From Octopus bimaculoides (Eukaryota): a stretch of DNA of 64,000 bases. The position numbers and the translations under genes were made by a program. The stretch is taken from the NCBI RefSeq assembly GCF_001194135.2, contig NC_068983.1, positions 79,823,287 through 79,887,286 of the forward strand, written 5' to 3'. Positions 13,505 through 25,420 of this stretch are shown in pieces. The notes below the pieces were generated by a model that was not told the DNA's origin, made no database searches, and worked only from the letters and a program-made list of their open reading frames with translations. Every line of letters begins with the position of its first letter. Positions within the stretch are counted from its first letter, which is position 1.

Positions 13505-14261
13505 TATTCAGAAAGATGAGTAGCAGATTCGTGTTACTTAGCCTCATTTCAGTCCTAACTGTGCAGACCTATAATTAAAGACATTCTAGCTGTAACCATC
13601 TTGTTTTATTTTCATATAGTTGCTCCAGAACTATACTATCCAGTGTATCACATCTCTCCTGAGACAGTGAAGTAGAATTCAATGGAGATTGGGGTGTTAT
13701 TTCTTACAGACAAGCAGCTGTGTAGAGGCTTCCTTTTTGACTCTATGTGTTGATAAATTCTCCTGGAAGATAACAATAAGTACAACTTTTTTACACAGAG
13801 AAGGAAGTGAGGTGTCATATATAATGGTTATTGAATGAAAAATCTCTGCAGCTTTAGAGAAAATCACTTGGGTATAATTCTTCAATGTGTAATATCAAGT
13901 ATCAAGGAAGACTAAGCACAGAGGAGTTGTTTACAAGCTATTAATAAATCAAGCTTAAAAAATGAAATTATGTACATGAAAAATCTTTAACCTTTAGATT
14001 GCAAAATAGGCGTCACAGATACTAGCTGATGTAAACATTTATGTTACAGCTACAGAATGCAAATGGAAGGTATATATATCAAGTGAATCATTGTCCTGCT
14101 TCAATGTGTCATGATAAATACAACAAAGGTAACATGACATAGAATCAAAGTATACAGAGAGATATGCACAAATACAGAGCTTCCAACAGAGGGCAGCAAA
14201 GCAAGAGCTATAATTATGTCTCTTAATTTAAACATTGAATTGGCTGAACTGTATTTCATAA

Positions 14262-14292
<31 letters not shown>

Positions 14293-14835
14293 AATCTTAA
14301 TCTCTTAGTCTATTATAAACACATGGTTTTGGATTCAGTCCCATTCTGCACCACATTGAACAAATGTCATCTACTATAGCCTCAAGCCAATCAAAACCTT
14401 GTAAAGTGGATTATGGTGTAGGTAGAAACTGAGGATGTGTGTGTCTTCTTGTCTTGATATCGTTCACTAGTCAACAAGTGGTGTCATTTATTTTCAGCTA
14501 AGGTAAAAAAAAACACTCGCCCAAGATGCCAGGTGGAGGTATTGAACATAGGGACTTTGTGATTGTGAAGTAGATCTCTTAAATATATCAGTCATGCTGT
14601 GTCGCAATATTTTATGGAGGGAACATTCGACCTTTTATCTTGAATATTTACACTTTGTGACTTGTAAGAGAACCCTATTATATTTTGAAAGCTTTACAAC
14701 TAAACAATGATGATTAATAACTAAATGTAATGAGTTATGGCTAAACAATGATGATGTCTGACAATGATAGTTTTGACTAAAGAATGTAAATCAAAAGTAT
14801 CAGAAAACTATGAGTGTGTGTGTGATTGTGTGTGT

Positions 14836-15228
14836 GTAAGTGGCTGTGTGGTAGGAAGCTTCCGGGTTTAGTCCTACTGCATGGCACCTTGAGTGAGTGT
14901 CTTTTACTATAGCTTTGGGCTGACCAAAGCCTTGTAAGTGGATTTGGCAGGCAGAAACTGAAAGAAGCCCATTGTATATATATATATATATGTATATATA
15001 TATAATATGAATATGTCTGTGTGTCTGTGCTTGTCCCCACCACCATTGCTTCACAACCAATGCTGTTGTGTTTATGTCCCCCTAACTTAGTGGTTCGGTA
15101 AAAGAGACCAACCAATAGAATAAAGTACTAGACTTACAAAGAATAAGTCCTGGGGTCAATTTGCTTGGCTAAAGGCAGTGCTCCAGTATGGCTGCAGTCA
15201 AATGACTGAAACAAGTAAAGGAATAAAA
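14836..15228 (+). mobile_element. SINE family C: tRNA-derived bipartite SINE with an internal TA/TG microsatellite
   Basis: Head GTGGCTGTGTGGTAGGAAGCTT..GGGTTTAGTCC, CORE-like CTTGAG..GTGTCTTTTACTATAGC, 3' half GTCCCC..AACTTAG..GGTTCGG..GACTGAAACAAGTAAA. Further copies at about 32545-33112, 33262-33480, 37645-37990, 52878-53275(-), 56060-56250(-), 63530-63920(-); 5' halves at 4795-4940(-), 9505-9660(-), 21130-21275(-), 39020-39170(-), 58805-58945. Confidence 0.8.
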
Positions 15229-15248
15229 GAATGTATATGTTTACACTC

Positions 15249-15284
<36 letters not shown>

Positions 15285-16230
15285 TTTGATTTGTAAACAG
15301 AGCTTTATACTATCAATATATTCATCCTTCCATTAATTGCTTAATTGCCCTCAGAAACACATGCATACACATTGACGCATGATATATTCATTAAAATAAA
15401 TTCATCTGTCTGACAGACAAACTTCTAATTGCTGGCATTTCTATTACTGTTAATTAACCCTGTAGTTTTGCTTTTAGTATATGAGAACCCATGAAATGAA
15501 AAAAATATCTCACTTGGAAAACTGGTATGGGTTGATGAGTGTTGGTGACAAAAAGTGCATCAAGTTGTAAAAAATCTCCCTCAGCAAGTTATGTCTAACC
15601 CATGCCAGTATCGAAAAACAGACATAAAAACAAATGAATTTCAAATTGTTTCAACATCATCCCATGTTATTGCATAAATCTTATAAGATATCTCAAAATA
15701 TCTAGCCAGCCAACCTGCTGTTTTAAAGATCTTATTGAAGATCCTGGTTGTCACCATATTAGTTTTTAGCAGTTGACTTATTTCAATTGATAAATTTGTT
15801 AACTAAAAATAACTACATCAAGCAGTTACTGAGTTTCATCATAAATTTCGTTAGCAAAATGTTTGGTTAAAGTGTAACTTCTTGTTTTCTTCTTTTCTTT
15901 TCACACATTCTAAGTGGGTTTGATGGAATGGACAGTGTGGCCAATTCCATAATATTCATTCTGAACCTTCACAAGCCAACTGCAGGAAAGCTATGTGCAA
16001 GGAAGGAATTGGGAATTTCTGGGCTGGAAAGACTGGCCAGAGTTAGTCCCTTATCTTGTTCAGTATGATCAGATGAATTTTTTTATTTCATGAAATGTTA
16101 TAGTATATATTTGGTGGTCTTTTTTTTTCTTAATTCATTCAGAAAGTATTTTATGATCACTTTTTATCTAAAGTTTTTCTTGTTTCCAGAAATGTCTTTA
16201 TCATTCATATATAGAAAACACAAGACAAAT

Positions 16231-16272
<42 letters not shown>

Positions 16273-18302
16273 GAATGAATTTACATAGTCATTCAGCCTA
16301 CTAGAAACAGAAGTTAATTACCCTTGAAATTTTCACTCCAAATGGATGATTGATCACAGCTGTAATTCCATTGATCCCAGGTCTGTTTGATCAAAACTGA
16401 CCAGCAGCTAAACAGCAACAACAACTGTGATGCCTTTGTAAATGCTGACCTTGTTCCTTATCGAAATAAACCAGTTTCTCTAAAATTCACATCCTGTTCC
16501 ATATATTGATGTTTTAGTGTCAGAACATTTTCACAATTTCTGGATTGTTTCTTCAAACCAGAATGAATTGTAAAATTACATTATTGCAGTGTCTTTCACA
16601 GGAAGATCTTGGGAAAATTAATGAAATGGGGAAGAGGATAAAATGTCATATTTAATAAAACAAAGAGCGTTATGAATTTTCTAATACTTGGCCAACATCA
16701 GTGTGAAGAAAGAAGAATTATATGAGTACAAATATTATTTTGTCTTCTCATCAATAAAGAGAAAATAGCAAAGATTTTTGCTTTTTTTTGTTTGTTTGTT
16801 TTTGAAGGGTTGCTGAGATTTCAGTTTTAGAAACACTGCATGTGTCTCCTTTATGGCAAGACACCTATCTCTGTCCCTCTATTCATTCTCTAGCTTCTCA
16901 TCACCTGGAACAAAGTCACCTTCCTTACTACTACTCTTCCCTCAGTTAAGGGGTCTTGTTTTGCAAGTTATTTGCTGACCTCAGTATTTCTGCTGCAGTG
17001 CCATATAAAAAGCAGACAGTGAACTGGGCTCAGTCCACTAGCTCGCTGGCTCCTGTCAAACTATCCAGCTCATGCCAGCATGGAAGGAGTACATTAAATG
17101 ATGATGATCATTGAATCTTGTGACTAGATGTAATTCTATTAACCATTTTGTGACCAATGCCTTGGGAGTGAAATTAGTAGATAGAATTTGTGTGGAAGTT
17201 CACCATATGTGTGTCTGTTTGTATGTAAGCATGTATACATGTATGTGTGTGTCATTTTTGTGTTTCTGTTTATATCTCATAAATTAGTGGCATGACAAAT
17301 ATTTTTTTTTTTAACTCTGATACTTATTTTAAGTACCAGCCTTAAAAATAAGTTCTGGGATCAATATGATTAGTTGAAATCCTTCAAAGCAATGACCGAT
17401 ACAAGCAAAAGAATAAATGGATATTTTCTAACAAAAATTTATTGCTTCTCTTTTTTAATTTTCAAAATGATTAAGAACTTTGAAAGGTTTTGTGAATATC
17501 TAAAACTACCATCCAACTGAACAAAAGAGAAATGTTTATATATTGAATTCAATGTTCTCTTTCATATATTAATAAGAACTCAGTCTAAGATTTTAATTTT
17601 GAAGGGTTGATGTTAGAAGGGTTAACTCACTATAATATTTCTATATATCTATCTCTGTTACTTATAAGTCTTTTTATCTGTTGCCTCCTTTGTCTATTTT
17701 CCTATATCCAACTTCACCTCACCTGACTCTTCATCACCTCCTCAACTCAACTGACCTGGTTCTTGCTGCAAACTTTGAATATCCCTCACTCACATTTACT
17801 TCCTCCCTCATGGGTCACCTCACACACAACTCCCATCACCTCCTCCACAATGCACCCCCCTCTCACCATTTCCTACCATTACACATACTGGCTTTTTCCA
17901 ACTATACTCAGTCCATACATAGCCCTCTACATAGTCTGTTTCTTATGTGTAATTATGAAAACATATGAAAGCCTGTGTATTCTCCCTCTTACTCTCTCAG
18001 AAGAGCAAGGGTCCAAAATGTTAGATTTTTCCCTCTTCATGTCAAATCAACTCCCTGAAATTATTTTTCTATCTATAAATTCTTATCAACAATTGTTAAA
18101 TTGCTAGTTAATCCAATTCCTCCTTTTTTCTTGAGGGACATTATAACTAATCCTATCTCATAGGGATATTTCTTTTGGAATTTCAGTGTTGAACTCTGAA
18201 ACATGATTTTTATGATAAAAAGTTTGCTTAGAAAGAAAGACTTAATTTATATACTACATAACAAGTGAATATGTAGAAATATTTTTACAATATATCCTCT
18301 TT

Positions 18303-18402
18303 ATAAATATTCTCTTCTGTGACAGATATGTCTTTGTAAATATTCTTTTCAAGACAGATGTTTGGTTTTTTTGTAAATATTCTCTTCAATAATAGATAGA
18401 TT
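18303..18402. repeat. Short minisatellite, about 3 units of 33-36 bp
   Basis: Units begin TAAATATTCT(C/T)TTC..ACAGAT..TTTG. Confidence 0.7.
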
Positions 18403-18508
18403 TATTTTTGTTGTTGTTCTCTCCAACAGTTATGAAATTGTATATTATAAATTTAGTTGGAATTCTTGGGGGATATGTGAGAAGAATGAATGTTTGTCTT
18501 ACTCACGT

Positions 18509-18554
<46 letters not shown>

Positions 18555-18662
18555 GCATGGCTTAATGTTTGTTATTATGTTGAGTTAGAATGAAAACAAT
18601 TTTACATTAAACTGAAAGTTAACTCAATACTTTCCGTGAAGGACATATTCATTATTCTGTTT

Positions 18663-18775
18663 CAAGAATAGTGTTGACAGTTACTTCAAAGTTTCAACCA
18701 GATTAGCCCTCATCAGACAGCTTGACAAAGGCTATGCAGACTGAAACTTCGGAGTCACAGTCAACACAATTCTTG
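18663..18775. ncRNA. Inverted pair of minimal type I hammerhead-ribozyme-like motifs, probably a Penelope-like element remnant
   Basis: Arms of about 55 bp form an imperfect inverted repeat. Minus arm: CTGT-CTGATGA-GGGCT-AATCT-GGTT-GAAACTT-TG-AAGT-A. Plus arm: TTGACAA-AGGCT-ATGC-AGACT-GAAACTT-CG-GAGT-C-ACAG. Confidence 0.6.
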
Positions 18776-19289
18776 TAAAAGTATAAGAAAGAAATAAGCT
18801 AAAGAATGATAACTTTTGTACAAATGGATTACACACACACACACACACACACACATGCACACATACACACACATGCACATACCTTGTGACATAACAGAAC
18901 TTCCTAGCATGTAAAAAAAAAAAAGAACATAAAACAACCATGATGATGTTGATGAGGATGGTAAACTTCTAAATGAGGTAGTGTACTCAATACATTGAGT
19001 GAAGTTCATTACTTCATTGAAAAGTGAAAACCAATGATTCACTCCATTGCTTTTGATTCTTTACTAGTTTCAGTTATACAGATTGCAATCATGTTGAGTC
19101 ACCACATTCTGATGCTTTCAGTCAGTACATACGTCACTGGTTTTTATTTATTGAATGATTAAGATAACCTTTTCATGTATAGGAATGCAACTCAAAGCAC
19201 TGTTATCCGTCATGCACAAGCATACATACACAAACACATGCGCACGCGCACGTGTGTGTGTGTGTGTGTATCCATATATATCTCAAGAC

Positions 19290-19595
19290 TGTCACTTTGG
19301 TAGTTACAACAAGTGTTCCAGCTGATCTGATCAACAGAATAACCTGCTTGTGGAATTAATGTGCATGTGGCTGAGCAATCCACAGACATACATAACCCTT
19401 TAATGTAACTCTCTGGGAGATTCAGCATGACAAAAAATGTGACAAGGCTGGCCATTTTAAAATACAGGTGCTACTCATATTTGCTAGCTGAGTGGACTGG
19501 AGCAACGTGAAATACAGTGTCTTGCTCAAGGACACAACACATCACCAGGTATTGAACTCATGACCTCACAAATATGAATACTCTAACCACTAAAA
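19290..19595 (-). mobile_element. SINE family B copy
   Basis: Reverse complement of the tRNA head/CORE-like/central-domain layout seen at 42760-43072. Confidence 0.75.
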
Positions 19596-19799
19596 CACAT
19601 GCTTCATACACACACGCACACACACACACATTCATTCATTCATTCATCATCATCTTAATGTCCTTTTTTCCAAGTCCATGCTTGCATGGATTGGCTGGAG
19701 TTTATTGAAGCAGATTTTCTACACCCAGATGTCCTTCCTGTTGCCAGCTCTCACCTGTTTCCAAGCAAGATAATTCTACCCCTTGCCCAAATATATTCT

Positions 19800-20815
19800 T
19801 GAGGGTATACAGGGCGTCAGATTTAGTCTGCAAGGGAGAAGACTGTGCTGGTATGGTCATGTGATGCATATGAATGAAAACAGTTGCATCAAGAAGTGCT
19901 GAGCTCTAATTGTGGAGAGAATATGCAGAAAAGGGTAGACCCAGGAAGACGTGGGATGAACTAGTGAGAAAGGATCTTCAGATATTGGGTCTCACAGAGG
20001 GTATAACATGTCAAGGTAAGTAAATACATGGTCATCCTTGAGTACAGGGATGTCCCCTGCTTCTCTGTCCAGTTGAGTGTTCCTAATCTTGCAGGCTCAT
20101 GGGTGCTGGTGCCATGTAAAAAGCACTCATGCCAGGTGTCACATGAGAAACAACTGTGCCAGTGCCACATAAAATCACCCATACTGGTGTTGTATAAAAG
20201 CAGCCAGTACACTCCGTAAAGTGGTTAGTGTTAGGAAGGGCATCCAGCTACAGAAACCATACCAAAACAGACATGGAGCCTGGAGAACTTTCCAGTTGTT
20301 CAGCCCTTATCAAACTGTCAGACCCATGCCAGCATGGAAAATGCACATCAAAGGATGATAATGAATGTTGCAGCTTGTATGACAGTGACACTCATTTTAC
20401 TGCTGTCATGCAATATGAAGACAAGGAGACAGGCAGATTCATACACATTCCATCTGGCTGACAGTCATGCAGGTGGAACATAAAGAGCACCATTTGAGCT
20501 CTGGACCTCATGGAGGCAGTGACAGATGACCAAGACCCTTGGCAATATACTGTGCATGTGTTGACCTGTCAAGCCAAGTGAGACTGTAGTCGTGGCCTAA
20601 GCCAGTGTTAGGTCAATGGCACCCGTGCTGGTGGCATGTAAAAAACACCCACTACACTCTCGGAGTGATTGGTGTTAGGAAAGGCATCGAGGTGTGGAAA
20701 CCTTGCCAAATCAGACTGGAACCTGGTGCAGCCCCACCGGCTTATGAGTTTTCAGTCAAACCTTCCTACTCCTGCCAGCATGGAAAGCGGACATTAAATG
20801 ACGATGATGATGACA
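19800..20815 (+). mobile_element. Cluster of RTE-X-like LINE fragments (ORF C-terminus and two 3' ends)
   Basis: RRLCWYGHVMHMNENSCIKKC..GRPRKTWDELVRKDLQILGLTE at about 19800-20010; two 3' UTRs ending in (GAT)n at about 20355 and 20815. Confidence 0.75.
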
Positions 20816-20840
20816 ATGATATGTATATATATACACACAT

Positions 20841-20875
<35 letters not shown>

Positions 20876-21851
20876 AACTTCCAATCATTCAACAACACAT
20901 GTGATTTTCTCTGATTATTTTTTTCCTTTCCTTTGGTCATTTTCCTCTTTCTGGCAAAAAGCCATGCTTGAATCTTCACATCTCCGCTTTTTTCCATCTT
21001 AAACTTTCTCTAAGCATCAGCTTAATACATACATCCTTTTGACTTTTGCTGCTTCTCTTGTTTTTGTTTTTTTGCTTTTGATTTGCATGTGTATTTATGT
21101 GTGTGTGTGTGTGTGTGTGTGTATGATGAGCTTCTTTAAGTTTTCATTTTCCAAATCCACTCACAAGGTTTTGATCAGCCCAGGGCTACAGTAGAAGACA
21201 CATGCACAAAGTGCCACACAGTAGAACTGAACCCAAAACCATGTGGTTGGGAAGCAAACTTCTTACCAAGCAGCCTGCTCTTGTAGATATATATGTTGTT
21301 GGATAACAATCTTGGGAAGGAGTGCTCAATACAAACATAGAATGCAATAGTTTATTTAAGCCAGTTCAGTGGCCTGTATTTCTGGAGTTTCCAATGTATG
21401 CTGGCTCAGTTTGATTTATTTGAAGAAGCAGTAATAGTATACTGTCAAAACTCCAGAGTAACAAGCTCCTGGATTGGCTTAAATAAATTGTATATATATA
21501 TACATATATGTGTGTGTGTGTGTGTGTGTGTTTTGATGTATGTATGTGTGTTTGTGTTTATGTGTGTGCACACATGAGTGTATGTATGTAAGTGTTGACA
21601 TTCCATAACTTCGCTTGTCACCATTTGAGTGAAACAGTGATAGATTGTTTACAATCCTTGTCTTTATTATTACTGGTCACTCAGTACATATAAAAACAAA
21701 TGAAATAGAAGGAAAAATATCACTCATTTGCATTTCTTCTGAATCTTTATATTCTGAGTTCACATTTCCTCAAAGCCAACTTTACCTTTCATACTTTCAG
21801 GGTCAATGATATAAGCACCTTTTTAACACTGGGGTGGATGTAATCAACTTA

Positions 21852-22233
21852 GTGGAGGTGCAATGGTCCAGTGGTTAGGGCAGCGGACTCGCAGTCATAG
21901 GATCGCGGTTTCAATTCCCAGACCAGGCGTTGTGAGTGTTTATTGAGCGAAAACACCTAAAGCTCCACGAGGCTCTGGCAGGGGATGGTGGCGAACCTTG
22001 TTGTACTCTTTCACCACAACTTTCTCTCACTCTTACTTCCTGTTTCTGTTGTGCCTGTAATTCAAAGGGTCAGCCTTGTCACACTGTGTCACGCTGAATA
22101 TCCCCAAGAACTACGTTAAGGGTACACGTGTCTGTGGAGTGCTCAGCCACTTGCACGTTAATTTCACGAGCAGGCTGTTCCGTTGGTCGGATCAACTGGA
22201 ACCCTCGACGTCATAAGCAACGGAGTGCCAACA
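21852..22233 (+). mobile_element. Full-length SINE family B (long variant) with a 14-bp TSD, nested in a SINE-A copy (21745-22270)
   Basis: TSD ATGTAATCAACTTA at 21838-21851 and 22234-22247. A-box TGGTCCAGTGG, B-box GGTTTCAATTCC; many CpGs retained. Confidence 0.9.
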
Positions 22234-22302
22234 ATGTAATCAACTTACCCCACTTATCTAAAAATTGCTGACCATCATCATAATCTTTTTTATCATCAAC
22301 AA

Positions 22303-22518
22303 GGCAGTGAGGTGGCAGAATCGTTGTCATGCCTGGTAAAATGCTTTCTGACATTTTGTCCGTTCTTACATTCTAAGTTCAAATTCCGCCGAGGTCAACT
22401 TTGCCTTTCGTCCTTTCGGGATTGACAAAATAAGTATCAGCTGAGTACTGGAGTTGATGTAATCGACTAGCCACCCTCCCGCAAAATTTTAGGCCTTGTG
22501 CCTACAGTAGAAAGGATT
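22303..22518 (+). mobile_element. SINE family A, near-consensus copy
   Basis: GGTGGCAGAATCGTTG..GTTCAAATTCCGCCGAGGTCAACTTTGCC..GTAGAAAGGATTGTT. A similar copy lies at 23630-23845. Confidence 0.8.
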
Positions 22519-22552
22519 GTTATTGTTGTTATTATTATTTTTATTATTACCA

Positions 22553-22981
22553 TTGAGTGAGAGAACAGTGCATGCCATCAAAGTGACACTGGGGTAAAAT
22601 ATACAAAACCATCATGACTACCCGTCTGATAAGGGTACATGAGGCACATGCATCACAACCATATGTGCGCGACATAGTGATCTCATATCAAAATAACCAG
22701 TGCATGACCTCGCAGGTGGGGCCCAGTTAGAATTTTCCTGCTCAAAAGGCCCCTGAATAAGGTTTGTTTAAGGATGTTGAGCAAAACACCCATGTTTGCA
22801 AAGGTGGATTATTCAAACCCTGAAGAATTCCTCTCAACACATGGCTATGATGCTCCCCCACTACTTCTGCTCATGATCAGAGATGCACATATCGTCAGCC
22901 ATCAAGGGACATGCTCAACTGGTTAAGGTCAAACAACTGACAAGCAAATCTGTGGTATTAAGCAGAATATTTGCTGTAGCC

Positions 22982-22982
<1 letters not shown>
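22553..22982. repeat. Unclassified dispersed repeat (family D); partial inverted copy at about 43490-43600
   Basis: CAACACATGGCTATGATGCTCCCCCACTACTTCTGCTCATGATCAGAGATGCACATAT recurs as reverse complement at about 43510-43575. Confidence 0.65.
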
Positions 22983-23012
<30 letters not shown>

Positions 23013-23059
23013 GTTATTGTTATTATTATTATTATTATTATTATTGTTATTATTATATA

Positions 23060-23579
23060 GCTGTTACATGCTACATGAAGTTAGCAGGCATGTTGTCAAG
23101 AGGCCTAGTGACAACAAATCTCAAATCTTTCTTATGATTCTTGCAGAAAACTTGATTGCACATATTCAAAGTCTACAAAGCATATCTCACTTCCAGTATC
23201 TTTCAGCCTTTTAGATAAGAACTTGGCTTCCATGCCGTGTGTGCCAAATAACACAGAAACAATTGTCTTCCACAATGTCTTCATTTCTCTGACTAGATTC
23301 TGATATCACTCAATTTTTCTCAAATTCTTTGGTAGCTATCATATAATATTGCATAATTTATAATCATACTCTATTTTTTTTTTTAATCCTCTGTGATCAA
23401 ATCTCATCTCCTTGCTTCAGTAGCATGGTCAGTCTTCATGAAGAAATCCCATAAAATCTTGTAATTATTATTTGCCATCACAGCAACAGGTTCATGTTTA
23501 TACCACTTCTCTGTCACTTTGAATCAACTCACTTGGCTAACATCCCAGTGCACTCTTTTACTGTGTGCTGGCTTATTGC

Positions 23580-23580
<1 letters not shown>
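23060..23580 (-). mobile_element. 5'-truncated R4/Dong-clade LINE, family 2 (restriction-like endonuclease region), decayed
   Basis: Minus translation (with frameshifts) KRVHWDV..EKWYKHEPVAVMANNNYKILWDFFMKTDHATEARR*DLITED..KEFEKIE*YQNLVREMKTLWKT. Flanked by (TTA)n at 22985-23055 and 23580-23625. Confidence 0.75.
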
Positions 23581-23618
<38 letters not shown>

Positions 23619-24237
23619 CATTATTATTAAGCCAGTGAGCTGACAGGATCATTAGCATGCTGGACGAAATGCTTGGCGGTATTTCACCCATCTCAATGTT
23701 TTGAGTTCAAATTCCACTGAGGCTAACTTGGCCTTGCATCCTTTCAGGGTTAATAAATGAAGTACCAGTGGAACACTGAGATCAATGTAACTGACTTATC
23801 CCCTCTCTCTAAATGGCGACCCTTGTGGAAAAATTTGAAACCGTTATAATTATTATTATTATTGTTATTATTATTTTTAGATAAAGGATAAAACTAATGC
23901 ACAAGAGTCATGACTGCGACAATAGATTTAAAGTGCATATTCAGATTTATATCTAAGAATGATTGACAAGCAACGTACTAATATGTTGGGTATAGTCAAA
24001 TAATGACCTGCTATAATTACTCATTGATTGTGAAGAAAATATCCACCAGATTGATATGGATATGTGTTAGTTGTGAAACTGACAGGAATTGAAAATATTA
24101 CTGACACATGCGTATTATATTTCTATCCAAAATGCAAATTATATAACGTGTGTGGTGTCACTGTATTATATTGTGTTGCACTATCTAGTGTTGTACGGTA
24201 CAGTATTGTGGAATGAGGGGGTGCATAGTATATAGAG

Positions 24238-24374
24238 GCATGGCTGTGTGGGTTCAGTCCCACTGCATGGAACCTTGGGCAGGTGTCTTCTACTATAGCT
24301 TGCTTTGGGCTGACCAAAGAAAGCCTTGTGAGTTGATTTGACAGACAGAAACTGAAAGAAGCCCATTGTATGTT

Positions 24375-24419
<45 letters not shown>

Positions 24420-25150
24420 CAAAGCTTCCACCGCTAGAAGCCACTTGATGCAACCCTCAGGCATCAGTATGCCAGTTGGCAGTGTCAAATGCAGTCTTAC
24501 TGTTGCATGGTGTGTCTTTGCTTTGCAGTGTTTCTTGACTGTTTGTTGATTTTCATGATGGCTGAAATGAAGGGACAGCATGCTTCCATGAAATTCTGTT
24601 TTCTGCAAAATTTGTGCCTCACTTGCTAACAAGATCAGAAGCAGTTACAACTGAATACATGTCTTGAACTGATAAAACAGTTGGAAATGAAACAGTTGGT
24701 GATGAAAGCTGGTGCTACGGAATTTGCAGATGTGGAAGAGGTGAAAAAAAAAAAATTACAATGGAGGCATTAAAAGGCATCACTTTGCAAGAGTTCCAGC
24801 ATTGCTTCGAACAGTGGAAAACATGTCTGGACCGATGCATTGCGTCAAATGGAGAATACTTTGAAGGTGATAAAAGTGTCAACATGTAAAACTAAGTGAA
24901 TAAAATAATACTGCAAAATTTCGGTTTCTTTTGGATCCCCTCGTATATATATATATATATAAATAATGAGTATATGCATATATATGTACATGTATGTACA
25001 TACCTACATCTACCTGTATACATAGATGCATATCTGGGAACAGGACGTTGCAAACAAAACGTGGACAAAATGATAAAACACAGAGGCCACATAGAGAACA
25101 TTTCCTTCATCAGCTGCCACCATTCTAACACTGGCATTTCAAAGAGTTAG

Positions 25151-25187
<37 letters not shown>

Positions 25188-25420
25188 GCATGTATATCTT
25201 TGTATCTGTGTTTGTGCCCCACATCTTGACAATCGGTGTTGGTGTGTTTACATCCCTGTAAGTTAGCGGTTCAACAAAACGGGCCGATAAAATAAGTATT
25301 AAGCTTTAGATGGAAAAAAAAAGAAAATAATGATAATAATGGGTTGATTCATTCAGCTAAAAATTATTTGAGGTGGTGCTCTAGCATGGCCGCAGTCTAA
25401 TGACTGAAACGAGTAAAAAG
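24238..25420 (+). mobile_element. SINE family C split into a 5' half (24238-24368) and a 3' half (25200-25420) by nested insertions
   Basis: Both halves match 14836-15228; the intervening inserts are bounded by (TA)n tracts. Confidence 0.7.
24421..24943 (+). mobile_element. Internally deleted mariner element (right TIR present, left TIR not found)
   Basis: N-terminus MAEMKGQHASMKFCF, then LTRSEA..LNTCLEL..VGDESWCYG fused to FADVEEVKKK..EALKGITLQEFQHCFEQWKTCLDRCIASNGEYFEGD. Right TIR TTTCGGTTTCTTTTGGATCCCCTCG|TA. Confidence 0.75.

Noticed and set aside
14700-14762. Box C/D snoRNA-like pattern (ATGATGA twice, CTGA)
   Set aside because: Explained by a short duplication of CTAAACAATGATGAT; there is no terminal stem and no room for a guide before the D box.
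21852-21925. Possible tRNA gene
   Set aside because: A and B boxes are present, but the sequence continues into a multi-copy SINE body with a TSD and has no proper acceptor stem or terminator.
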